From Utricularia gibba (taxonomy: Eukaryota; Plantae; Magnoliophyta), in assembly GCA_002189035.1 (NCBI GenBank), contig NEEC01000015.1, positions 1,178,001 to 1,242,000 on the forward strand: DNA of 64,000 nucleotides, read 5' to 3'. A program made the position numbers and the translations under genes. Position 1 is the stretch's first letter, and each line of letters starts with the position of its first letter. The notes below the pieces were generated by a model. It did not search any database, was not told where the DNA came from, and saw only the letters and a list, made by a program, of their open reading frames with translations. Below are positions 27,101 through 41,495 of the stretch, in pieces.

Positions 27101-27768
27101 ACTGGCATCAATAGCATACATAAGAATTTTAGGCGGAAATATAGGAGTTACGAGCTGGAAGTTCAACACCATACTGCACAGATAGTTAGAGGACATGAAA
27201 CTTTCAACTGCACCTACCCCCAATTACCCCTTCGAACATCTTTGTAAGCTCTTCATCTTCTTGTTGCTCCTTAGGATGATCATCTTCAACGTTATTCTCC
27301 TCCTCCCCACTTTCATCAGAAGCTACTTTCCAATCCTACAAATAACACAAACTACTTGGGAAATTTCCACAATCCCTAGCTCAATCAACACGAAAACTGA
27401 TAGATGTTAAATACCTCAAAATTATCAGGAAGCTCAAACTCACAGTTATCAACGGAGTCGTAACGCTTATTCTTCCTGGACTCCTCCTCTGCGGTAGCTT
27501 CTTCGTATTCATAGAAATCGTTGCCCAAAGCATCATCAGAATCAATCCCCTCACTAGCACTCAAATGCTCTTCATCTCCTCCACCGTTCAAGAGCCCAAC
27601 CTCTTTCTGCAAAATGTTTGGCAAACGAGGTCCATAGTGCTGTCTCTTTTTACCAGCTCCTTGCTTCTTATTCTTATCACCAGAATTCGACCTCTTCCTC
27701 CTCTTTTCCGGAAACTTTCCGTCTTTCTTCCTATTATCCCGCGCCATTCGCCTTTCCTCCTTCGCCAT
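24108..27768 (-). CDS. UTP14: U3 snoRNA-associated protein 14 (SSU processome)
   Basis: YGPRLP, YEYEE, AKWEPLVKRNREA, KRVKKIKSRTYHRLLKK, MTLKHKNSSKWAK, LPGWGQW, MPIGPEFNP. Confidence 0.95.
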
Positions 27769-29520
27769 GGAAAACGAGTAGTAGTGAAATTCCTCGTCAG
27801 AAACTGCTCACCGTAATATCTCACAGGATCCCGCCCGGCGCCGGAACCAGACGCGGATGTGAAGCCGCCATCAAATTTCACCGAATACCCTATCCTACAA
27901 CAAGGGCTACCGACCAGGCCCAATACTTGGATTACAAGCCGAGGCCCCTAAACAAAGCCCATGAACCTTAAATACCTTTTCCCTGTGTAATTAAAAAATG
28001 TCTTCTCACTCATCATTTTTATTAATAAATTATTACAGCTCTCATAAAATAGTCATTAATTCTTTTTTAAATAATATATTCTATTAAATATATTCATTTT
28101 TTACCAAATGAGACAAAGAGGAGGCTTGCTAATTAGTAGAATTAGAAATGAATTTATTAAAAAGAATTTAAATGAAATTCCTTTTTAAGTATATGGTTGT
28201 GGCAATTTGTTTATCAAATTATATTAATTAATTAGAACAATATTTATCCTAAAACTAAAAATAATAATAATAATTTTTATTTTCTACTTCATCAAGCAAC
28301 GTTACTAAATAAGTTGTGCTCTAATCTACAATGAAAAAGATAAATTTTATATGGGAAAAGAAAAAGAATATTGAAATATAAGTTGTAGTTAAAATAATTT
28401 ATCAAAACCTTATTAAATCCAATTAAAATCCCATACCAAATTGCAGTGCAAATTCAATGTTAGCATAATCGTAGTGCAAATTCTAATTGAATATTTGGGG
28501 TATGTTTGGTAGTATCGTATAATTAATAATGTATTAATTTATTTGTGTTTCAATAAATATGTATTATATGTTTAAAATTAAAATTTATTTGGTACATAAA
28601 AGTTTTGAATATATATATATTTAAAATAATATTATTTTTAATTTAAAACAAACAAATATTTTATAAATTGAATTGTTTAAGAAAACTCAGATTCTAGTTG
28701 AATTTTTAAATACCTAGTTCGAAATATGTTATATTAATTTTGTAAAGTACTGATATATTTTTAAATTAATCTATTAAACATACATTGTTATTAATACATA
28801 CGTGTTTAAACGGATAAATAAATCTGCCAAACATTCTTTTGAAAATTTTATGCAACATTAGTTTATTTCCAATTTTAAAATGATAGATACTAGATTTGTT
28901 AAGTTTGTTTTTATCTTCAAATATAAGTATATTGAAAAATATATATATTATGAATTTTTTATTTAATATATGTGTGATATGTACAATATTTGTAATCGTG
29001 TTTTTTTTTTCAATTCTTATGTAACCGAATTTTTTTGTATTCAAGCGATTGCAACTGCAGTTTCATCTATCCATTTAAAAAATGTATGATTTTTTGTATA
29101 TTTAAAAGTATATATATTAATATAATATTATTTTTAAACATATATTTATAATCCAATAGAAATATATATAATAATCAAAAAAATTTAATTGATTATGTAT
29201 ATATAATTTGATGAAAATAATATTTAATTAATTTAAAAGTATAAATACATAAAATCAGGCACTTGGCAGGCATTTCCAAAGGGAATGGGAATATCCACAA
29301 ATAGTAAAAAAAACAATTGAAAAAAATTAATAAATAAATGGGTTTTGGATTTCATGAAAATTTGATCTAATACGTCTTGAATAAAACATATTCTCACGAA
29401 TGGATGTGTTTCAGATGCCTCCAAATATGTTGAATTCCTAGACGACTACGGCTCTCGCGGTCATCCTCATCCTCTGGCTCCTCAGATCCATACCACCGTG
29501 AATTTTTCCCTCCGACAACG

Positions 29521-31319
29521 ATGTCCATCGGTTCCTCCTCCGAATCTACGAACGTGGACATCCGGTCGCCGCTCCTGCGACCGGAACCTGACCCCGTCGT
29601 CGAGAGGTTATGCGTCGATGACATGCTGAAAAACTACTGCGGCGAAATGGGTAAGTGGCAGTTGCGCCACTTTGTGCTCACGAGTTTGGCGTGGGCTCTC
29701 GAGGCTTTCCACACTATGGTTGTCATTTTCGCCGACCAGACGCCGCAATGGCGGTGTATCGGCGAGGAGTGTTCGAAGAGTCTGTGCGAGATGGAATCGG
29801 GGACATGGGAATGGGTTGGGGGTTCAGGAGTTTCTACGGTGGCGGAGTTTGGGTTAATTTGCTCGGAGAAGTATAAAGTTGGGCTTGCACAGTCTTTGTT
29901 CTTCGGAGGGTGCATGATTGGTGAGCCCCCAAATGTTTGCTTTAATTATATGTCGATATAAATGATTCTTTACTGTCTTCCTTCATTCGATTGCATTAAA
30001 TTCTCAAAAGGGAAATAGAATTGATTAAGCATGGATATCTGGCCTTTAATGGGATATGGAATTTCTATGTTTCCTTCAGTTTGTTTCGAGAGTCATTCTA
30101 GTTCTTCAATTTGTAACATACCCACATTTGGGTTGCAGGTGCTGGAGTATTTGGGCACTTATCGGACTCCAGATTCGGGAGAAAGGGCTCTCTTTTGATA
30201 GTGTGTATGTTGAACGCCATTTTTGGTGGCTTAACATCTCTTTCCCCAAACTACTGGGTATACGCCATCATTCGTCTCCTCACTGGTTTCAGCACAGGGG
30301 GTCTAGGGCTCTGTGCCTTCGTCCTCGCGACAGAACCCATCGGCCCGAGTAAGCGTGGGGTTGCAGGAATGTCTACTTTCTACTTCTTTGCAGGAGGGAC
30401 AGCATTGCTTTCAGGCATAGCTTATTGCTTCCACTCATGGAGATCACTCTATGTTATAACTTCACTCCCCTCAGTCACATTTCTCCTCCTCGTACTTCCC
30501 CTGGTTTCTGAGTCCCCTCGTTGGTGCCTCATAAGGGGAAAGACAGGACAAGCAATGAAGATCATGCGCAGGATAGCTGAATGCAATGGAAACATTCTCC
30601 CAAGTGGTGTCACCCTCGCCCTCGATGAAGAAGCGAGTACCGACCTAGATAGAATGGAAGGCAACAAAGGAACAGATCCAGAGACAAGAGAAGCTGTGAA
30701 AGGATCAATCTTGGACGTGATGAGTTCTCCTCTCACACGGCTAAGGCTTTTCCTTGCAGTAGCAATCAGTTTCTTCTGCTCCGTTGTCTACTACGGGTTA
30801 AGTCTCAATGTCGTTAACCTCGGCACCAATCTTCATCTGAATGTGTTCCTAAATGCAGTTTCCGAGATGCCAGCTTTTCTTCTTACTGCACTTTTTTTGG
30901 ACCGTTTCGGAAGAAAGCCGTTGTCCGTCGGGACGCAGTGGTTCAGCGGCGTCTTCTGTGTGATCGGAGGAATGTTGAAAGGGGAAGGAGTCTGGAAGAG
31001 CGTGAGAATGGCTTGCGGTATTCTGGGGATATTTGGAATGGCCGGAACTTATAATTTGCTGTTTATTTACACGGTGGAGCTGTTTCCTACCGTGGTGAGG
31101 AACGCGGCGTTGGGCTGTGCTACGCAGGCGGCGCAGATGGGGGCAATTCTGGCGCCGGTGGTGGTAGTCCTAGGGGAGAAGATACCGTTCATGGTTTTTG
31201 GAGTTTGTGGGATCGCCGGTGGCATTTTGGCGTTTTTGCTGCCGGAAACCTTGAATAAGCCTCTGTACGATACCATGGCTGGAATGGAGGAGTCGGAAAA
31301 AGGCCACGTGAATGAATGA
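29521..31319 (+). CDS. Organic cation/carnitine transporter (MFS, OCT4-like), 2 exons
   Basis: GKWQLRHFVLTSLAWALEAFHTM, FVLATEPIGPSKRG, ESPRW, DRFGRK, ELFPTVVRNAALG, LPETLNKPL. Confidence 0.93.
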
Positions 31320-32065
31320 GTTTTCCCTTTTTTTTTCCGCCGCCACTATTATTCTCAAGAACTTTCAATTTTTTAAACAAAACATGAATATTTTGCCTTC
31401 ATTTTTGTGATATTATCGGTTTTTAAGAATTTAATATAACCGTTTTTAAATAATTTTCAATTGTTTTCGAACGTGTTGTAATAATTTTCAAGTTTAACAA
31501 TACCGGTGGTTGCATGGCGTTTTAAATTTTAAGATTTAATCCAAATTTATTCTTTTTTAAAAAAATATGACATCTGTACTTTTTAAAATTTATTATTAAA
31601 TCAACTTTTTTAAGGTTTAAATATATCGACATCTCACTTTGAGTAATATTTACTTACGTGGATAAAATGTAAAATACGAATTATCGTATATTAAAATCAA
31701 TAATATAAAATTATTTTTCGAAAAAAAAAAAGAATGAGTAGCACACCAATTAGGACACCCGAGGTGAAACGTGTAAACTAACCTCATCGATTGCGTTGGA
31801 ATGCATCCAGCTCAACCGTACAAGTCCTTTATCATTAGTAAATTTAAAATGTATGATAAAACGTATTTAAAACATATTTAAAATACTTAAAATTATTTGA
31901 CCTTTTTTGTCAAAATTAAAGAATGTTCATTTTTGTACTTATTAATTTGATTCATATATTATAAGCAAGATGACCTCTAGAAAAACATTAATTTTTTTTA
32001 AGGCAGCTGTGACCAATGTATTAATCTATAAATGAAACCCATGTACCACGGCTTTGTACAGAGCG

Positions 32066-34652
<2,587 letters not shown>

Positions 34653-35044
34653 ATCGCATACTGTAACACCACAATGTAATACAATCACTGCATTCGAAGC
34701 TGCTTTCAAATAAACGAGCAAGGGCTATGTGCAAAAGCGGTACATCAACCTGTAACTGTATGTTCATAACCAGAGGAAGCGCGCAAATGGGAGTTAGGCA
34801 GTGTCCCAGCCGAGTCCACCTGCAATGAATTTCACAGCAGTTTCCATAGGGGCGCTTGAATTATGAAACGAGAATGTGAAATAAGTGCAATGTGTTGAAA
34901 AGTTTCACTCATATTCAGCGGCGAAACGGGTGTCCTTTGGGACGACCACATTTATTGCAGACTACACCCATGTAACTGAATTCAAAAAGAGGGCTTGGGA
35001 AGGATTTCAGAAGATGAAGAAGAAGGGACACGCGGGAGTATCGG

Positions 35045-35527
35045 TTACGTATTGAGGGGCCCTTGGAAACTTGAAAACTCACTTGTTCTAGTGCTGCAAT
35101 CCGGGGGTTCTTCGAAAATCGAAACAGATAGCTGCTTATGGGCGACGCCCATATCGATGAGAATGAGGCCGGAGGCGGGATCATCCACGATTATGTCCTT
35201 AACGGGGAGCCATAGAAAAAGCTCCTCCTGCGAGAGTCCCTGGACAGCGGTGAGGCTTCTGTGGGTGAGATTGGCGCGGAACTCCGCGTCGTAGAGAGCC
35301 ATGGTGTCGAATTTGGTGATACAAGGTCCTTCAAGAAACACTTCCAGTAGGCCGGAGTTGAAGAAATTGTACGATTTGACTTCCTTGGGAAGCAAACCCG
35401 CCGGCAATCCCTTCGACTTGAGCAGGTCGTGAATGGAGGCGGCGGCGTCGGTCGATGAGGAGTTGGGAACTGGAGATGCGAGGAGGAGAAAGAAGAAGAG
35501 CAGAGTGGGGTTTCTCGTCAACTCCAT
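35045..35527 (-). CDS. DUF538 family protein with a signal peptide
   Basis: SIHDLLKSKGLPAGLLPK, GLSQEELFLWLPVKDI, KQLSVSIFEEPPDC. The 3' end may be spliced (GTGAGT donor near 35075), so the stop position is uncertain. Confidence 0.85.
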   Translation of the reverse strand: MELTRNPTLLFFFLLLASPVPNSSSTDAAASIHDLLKSKGLPAGLLPKEVKSYNFFNSGLLEVFLEGPCITKFDTMALYDAEFRANLTHRSLTAVQGLSQEELFLWLPVKDIIVDDPASGLILIDMGVAHKQLSVSIFEEPPDCSTRTSEFSSFQGPLNT

Positions 35528-35795
35528 TTGCTGTGCTGTACGACAAATGACTAATAAAAGAGTGAGGAGTGCTTTAAAGGGCAAGGGCTCTTCACTCTCG
35601 TTTTACGACATTGCCCTTGGCGATTTATTTACATATCAACTCCATTTGCGAAATAGTTCAAATAAAATAATAATAATACTTTATAATTTATAAAAAAATG
35701 AAATATTAAAAAATGGAATTGAGAAATTGAGGATGACATAATATATTTTTCATTCTAGAGTAATGTGTTATAGATGTAGAATCAGCATAAGTTGA

Positions 35796-35846
35796 TGGGC
35801 TTCATTGATCGGCCCAATAGCTAGAATTTATGCACTTAGCGGCCCA
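35796..35846. promoter_or_regulatory. Site II (TGGGCY) cluster in a divergent promoter
   Basis: TGGGCT at 35796 and GGCCCA at 35811 and 35841, between the DUF538 ATG (35527, minus) and the mitochondrial protein ATG (35948, plus). Confidence 0.6.
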
Positions 35847-35947
35847 ATATTCCTTAATATAATTATATTGAGGCGCAGGATCTGACGTCTGAGATTCCAA
35901 ATTTGTTGCTGTGCTCCACGGCTTCCTTCAGAAGCGAAACGTCGAAA

Positions 35948-36858
35948 ATGGCAGCGTGGATGGTAGCGGCTCGCCAAGCTGCAAATCTAAGGAGGCTTCC
36001 AGGGTGCAGATCATCAATGGCCGCAGCCAACAGCGCAAATTTTTTCCAGCGCCGCGGTTTCGCGAGCGGTGCGGGTACTTTTGCGCTACTAATCAAATTT
36101 GCGGGATCCTTGAGTTGCAATTACTTGTGCTTACCCGCTACAATCTTGCGAAGGAACATCGTTGATCAATTTCTTTTCATTGATTTGTTTTTTAATGGCG
36201 GTAATGTAGATCACCATGGGCCGGCGAAGGTGGACTGCTGGAAGGAGCCTACGAATCCTGGGAATTGGAAAGAAGAGCAGGTGCGGACCCTTCGGTTTTC
36301 TCTCTTTTTCATTTCTTTGTGTCGCGCAAAAATGGAATTAGGATAATTGGACTGCTTGTTTTCGGTGGAACAGGCATTTAGATACCTGAGAATGCAAACA
36401 AGAATGTTTGTCGATCAATTCTTTTCTCCCTAGAACTAGACATATGGATGCCATCAAAGGATTTTTTCACCAATACCATTTTCTATGCATTCCTCTGTAG
36501 AACTAGACATATGGAGACTTCCCCATACAGTTTTCCTTAGCTAGTTGTAAGGCGGCGGTGCATATACCTGACCTGGGCACCTGGATAAGTTAGATAAGAA
36601 ACAAGCTGTTCAAGAGCAGCTCATTACATGCAGTTAGATAATGTTGTCCTTTGCAGTTCGTGATTGTGTCTCTTACTGGATGGGGCATGGTCTTCTATGG
36701 AGCGTACAAATTCTTCACCAAGGGAAATAAAGAAGAGGTAAATTTGCCTGCTGTTCAAGGGGTTTTCTATGTGTCATGCTTCTTCATGAAGCCAAAACCA
36801 GTACGCTGATATTTCTTCATCTTTTGTGCAGCAGAAAGTTGCTGAGGCTGCACAGTGA
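35948..36858 (+). CDS. Small mitochondrial single-TM protein (resembles At1g72020/COX-X3), 4 exons
   Basis: Presequence ending RRGFASG, then DHHGPAKVDCWKEPTNPGNWKEEQ/FVIVSLTGWGMVFYGAYKFFTKG; stop at 36856-36858. Confidence 0.75.
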
Positions 36859-37110
36859 CTTGGGGATGACTTACAAATAACGTCCTCCGGACAGAGAATG
36901 TTCAATCTCTAGTTTACCAGATAACCGTCACGGATTACCAAAAACCTTTTCCTTGCAGCGCATGAAATTTTGTTCATGCTTTCCATGTATTCCCAAGTGT
37001 AACAGGAGCATTCCAATGATCAGTTCATACGGAGATAGGGAGGGCTTGAACACAACGCAATGCGCCATGAAAACCTATGACTTGAGTCGAAAGGGAGAGT
37101 TTGCACTATC

Positions 37111-39300
37111 CTATAAAGATTTGAGAACGTCACCAAGAACCAGGCCCCATTGAGTCCAATGGCTACCACCCTGTTGTTGAAGAAGTCGTGTTAGCAGTAG
37201 CAACACAATGAGAAGTTATATGCCAGTCACTGAAAAGCTTCTGTTGCACCTGACAGAAAACGATGAATGGCTTCCGCAGTGGCCCATCACATGAAAGCTC
37301 GCTTGTACTCCCATCAACAAAGGTTCCATCGGCAAATATTACCTGGGCCGCAATGCAATTCAAGGACTAGATAATTTCAAGATCGAACAGCTAAGCACTG
37401 GTTCAGAGTTCTGGTACTACCTCCGATGCATAGCCAGGAGTTGCGCCTGCTATGGGCTTTGTAAACGAACTAACCGGAGAACTTCTCTGCACAGCCTCGC
37501 AGAATGCAAGCAAGCGCTCCCGGCTTCCCAGTTGAACAGCCTACATGAAGAAGGCAAGGAATTTATAACTGAATTCTTGAATACTTCGGTGAAAGTCATA
37601 TGAAAACCTGCACTGTGTCATGGCGTTCAGCCCGGCAGCTTGGCTGCACCTTGTATCCTCGCCCGGCCATGACTTCAGAAATCAGAAGGCTTCCCTGATG
37701 AAAGCTCCAAATGTCAGGTCAGGATACATACTAAAAGACTTGGGAATGAAGATGGGGTGGTTGACCTTTATGGCTTCTCCGACCATTTGTGGAGCAAGAA
37801 AGAAGCCTTGAAACAAAATTCTCATTATGTGGCCAGGAGCTGAACCACAGTCCAGTCCCAGACCGGGTGCGGAGAGGCGAGCAGCTGCAGCTTGGACCCA
37901 TTTTTTCCTTCCAGCAACATAGCCACCACATGGTGCAATTGTTCCACCAGGGTTCTTAATGAGACTTCCAGCGATCAGATCTGCACCCTTCCAGCAAACC
38001 AGCACCCTTTTCTGTGATCTACAAAATTGGGGCTAGAGGAAGATATTTACAGAAAAGGGCAAGGCATATACCACCATTGGAGGTTCAATATTCTCAGTAA
38101 ATTCGCCATAGCAGTTGTCCACCATTACCAGGCAATTGGGATTCTGTGACTGCATTAGCATACCCAGTAACAAGGAGCATCAGGCAAGGAACAGCTATCA
38201 CACCATACAAAAAATATGATCACTGATATCTCAGGGGCCACCTTGATTATCCTGATTGCTCTTCCAATTTCGCCAACACTCAAGCTTTTTCTCCATGAGT
38301 AACCGCATGACCTTTGGATAAGCGCACATCGTGTGTTTGGTCTTATACCAGTCTGCAGGGCTGGCCAGTCGACACCCCCATCCTCTGCCAGCTGAGAGCA
38401 GGTGTAAGAAACACCAATCCGCCAAGGAAATGGCGCAAGAATGATAGGGGAGAAGGGACAACGAAAGAGCATTGGCATACAGGAATTTCTCTATAGCTTA
38501 TTCCAAAATCCTTCAAGGAACCTAAACCATTGGAGTCCCTGATTCCAATGACTTCCTCTAGTGTATCGTAAGGAGCTCCGACAACAGAGAGAAGCTGGTT
38601 ATACCAGGTAGATATGAATGAGACACTAGCCATTGATTCAAGCACAGAGTTGAACACAGCATACCTCATTCCCAGGTCTCAAGAAAGCGAATAAAGCACA
38701 CGCTATTGCGTGCGTGCCAGAGAAGAACTGGATTGAAAGACCACAGTTAAAAAAGCCAGAAGAAGAAGAAGAGGAGGAGGAGATTAACTACCTGAGGTCG
38801 GACAATGGCAGATTCAGCCCCGAATACTTCTGCAAATATTTGATCAAGTGCATCTCGGCCACCAGCTTCTTCATGGCCATACCCTGTGCTGCCGCCGAAA
38901 TGCTGGATTCACATGAACTCCGGGGTTACAAATTTCGTGACAGCAATCAATCTCCCAGTCAAACTTGGCAACAATAAAGCGCTTACATGAGGACCAACAC
39001 GAGCATTCTGGAAAGCCTTCAGCACGCGAGCAGAGTTTCGTGCCACCAAATTATCCACTGCCCGAAACTCCCGGTGCAGCGAGTCAACAGCTTTATCAAC
39101 CTACGCATTTCGCCGTAAAAGTCAGGATAACCCTGGAAAAGACTGCGACGCGTATTTACCTCAGGGACGAACGGTTGTTGGTGTTCCTCGGAATGAAATG
39201 AGAGAGCTCGAAATTGAGATCTTGATGGATGCAGAGAAACGCAGCGGCAGTGTACGGCGAAAGTAGGTGTATGGTAACCAGAAATTATAGCCGGCGACAT
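37111..39300 (-). CDS. Methionine gamma-lyase family / aluminium-resistance (YnbB-like) PLP enzyme, probably plastid-targeted
   Basis: PFVPE/V..AVD, FFSGTHAI, GAPYDTLEEVIG, LIQRSCGYSWR, GADLIAGSLIKNPGG, IFADGTFVDGSTSELSCDGPLR, GGSHWTQWGLVLG. Confidence 0.93.
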
Positions 39301-39646
39301 GCTACGGCGCGCAACACCGGGGATAAGGCACCGTGCGACTCAAGAATTCAGCCTACTAGCAGTTTTCTTTCATTTCGTACAGAACAGAAGCCCAACCCAT
39401 CCCAGCCCACCCAGGCCTGAGTCCGTGCCCTAATTCGTCCGTCAATTCCGATTGGCTTAGGAAAAAGATCATCAGGGAAGCGGTGATGGCGTGATTCCGA
39501 AGAAAGGGATGCGGCGGAGTCTCGGCAGTGCCTTCGATGTCCCAGGCATTCTCCTCCCTGATACGTTGGATCACCATACTCCGCTCTACGATGGTTTCCA
39601 GTGAGTGCACTGGACGATGAACCAAGATTCACGATGCAATACGAAT

Positions 39647-40237
39647 CGCCAAGACCTCTTCGTTAGTTGGGGGAAGAGCTCTTTCCGAGCCCGATGCATG
39701 GGAACGTGCTTGGACGTTCGTCCCACGACGTTTCGGAACTCGAAACGCAGCCGTGATGGAGACGGTGCGCAGCAGCGTGCACGAATCGGATTTTTTGAGG
39801 AACGAACGTATCGAGAGAGAATTTTTTTTGGTTAGACAATGTGTGATTGGATTCCATTAGTAATGAGGTTCGGAATCACATAAATCAAAGAGAGATTCAA
39901 CCACTCAAGGAAAGATCGATTCTTTGGGATGCTTCCTTTCTTCAAACGGAAGGAACAGAGATAGAATCGGACCCATTCCCGAAATGCCTTTCTGGGTATT
40001 CCTCAATGTCCCGGCTATTCACACCAGATGATTAATGATCTGCTTCCGGGAGAAATCGAAGAATTTCTTGGGAATCCTACAAGATCGGTTCGTTCTTTTT
40101 TCTATGATAGACGATCAAAACTTCATCTGGGTTCGAATACTACTGAGACGTCCGATCAGAAATTATTGAAGAAAGATCTTTCTCTTGTCCCTTCCAGGCG
40201 ATCGGAAAATAAAGAACTGGTTAATATATTCAAGATA
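39647..40237 (+). pseudogene. ycf2: Nuclear insertion of plastid ycf2 (NUPT), fragmented
   Basis: Translates to [82 protein letters not shown], matching angiosperm Ycf2 in order; contains frameshifts. Confidence 0.92.
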
Positions 40238-40314
40238 TAATGGGGAGTGCAGCGAAAAGTTTCTGATAGTATTGAGTTCACGACAGAACTACCTATAAAC
40301 ACGACACCAAACAA

Positions 40315-40809
40315 CTAGAAGCGAAGACGCTTAAAGGCAGAAGAGACCTCGTCGTCAGGTGTTGGTGTTGCCGCCAGGATATTTTGTATCATCAGAAAAT
40401 CGCTCACTTTTACAGGCTTAACGAAGGAGAAGCAAAACGCACGCCGTGCCACGTCCGTTCCTTCCCCGCCGAAAATCACTGCATAACACCAAAATAAAAA
40501 CCTAATCAGGAATAAAGAAAGATTCGCGGAAATCAATTTTCCATCAGAGCACCCACGCATAACGGGAGCTTTCTTCTTCAGCGCCGCATCCTTCTCGATT
40601 TTCTTGAATCCGCCTTTAGCAGATGTGTAGAAATCAATTTGATCAATCTCATCGCGCAGTGTCCCCAGCGCCTCCGTCACCGAACGGCAAAACCTCACTA
40701 GAAACAAAAACACAATCCTCTTAACAATCAAAACAGCAACAGAACTTGAACCTCGATTGAACAGACGAAAAGTTTCCACAGCACCTTCATAGTCTTTCAT
40801 GAGATCCAT
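40315..40809 (-). CDS. Divergent receiver-domain-only pseudo-response-regulator derived from a type-B ARR (3 exons; start uncertain, frame open to 40896)
   Basis: Removing introns 40784-40698 and 40556-40479 gives KDYEV-RFCRSVTEALGTLRDEIDQIDFYTSAKGGFK..APVML-IFGG..FVKPVK, which aligns with the ARR consensus LYEV-TKCNRAE.ALSLLR..FDIVISDV..DGFK..LPVIM-MSA..YLIKPVR. Confidence 0.6.
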   Translation of the reverse strand: MDLMKDYEGAVETFRLFNRGSSSVAVLIVKRIVFLFLVRFCRSVTEALGTLRDEIDQIDFYTSAKGGFKKIEKDAALKKKAPVMRGCSDGKLISANLSLFLIRFLFWCYAVIFGGEGTDVARRAFCFSFVKPVKVSDFLMIQNILAATPTPDDEVSSAFKRLRF

Positions 40810-41010
40810 GCGTGTGTTCGTACACCCATGCAGTGGATGGCTGTCATTTAAATAGAAGAGGTGTGAAGTAACGGGCTTCGGTGGCCCGGTAATCAAAAGA
40901 AAAATCTAGAGATATTTTACGTAAATTGGTTTCACAACAACAATGTTAATAAATATAATAATATGACACAAACATGATATTATCGATACAAAACGTGTAG
41001 ATGTTGTAAG

Positions 41011-41083
41011 AAATTTTTTCTTTGGAAGTAAAAAACGTAAAATCATAATAATTACATATTCAAAATAGATAATATCATATATA
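41011..41083 (-). repeat. Copy of the dispersed AT-rich repeat also at 5986-6058
   Basis: Reverse complement reads ATATGATATTATCTATTTTGAATATG...TACTTCCAAAGAAAAAATTT. Confidence 0.5.
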
Positions 41084-41495
41084 ATTATATAATTTATTTT
41101 AAATTCAAATTTTAATATACAACATTTATGAACGAATTGGGTGGATTTAATATATGTGTTTTTTAAATTTTTTAAGGTGCAATTATATTCAATAAGCTCT
41201 ACTGTGTGGAAGTGGGCCACGTTTAATGGCAAACGGCCCATTCATGACACACCGTTTTGGGCCCCCAGATTCATTGGTTATCCTCTTCGTTTTCATTGTT
41301 TACGCGTTTGTTGTCACCGGAGTTGTCCTCTAGTATATTCCCTTTAGAGTCGGTAACTTTTTGTGGAGGATTGAATTTCTGTAGTGTGAATTGGGTTTCG
41401 TTTTACTTATCGTCTTAATCTTTGTTTTTTGGTAGACTTCATTCTTCAGTTTTCCGATTTACATCGCGTGCATATACTGTTGAAGGTGAATTAGG

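Noticed and set aside
40315-40896. Unspliced ORF read as a viral SF3 helicase (TGPP, LRDEID, KLISAN, ARRAF resembling Walker A/B, motif C and the Arg finger)
   Set aside because: There is no GK[ST], the spacing is wrong, and KLISAN lies inside a clear GT-AG intron. The spliced receiver-domain reading fits both sequence and intron phase better.
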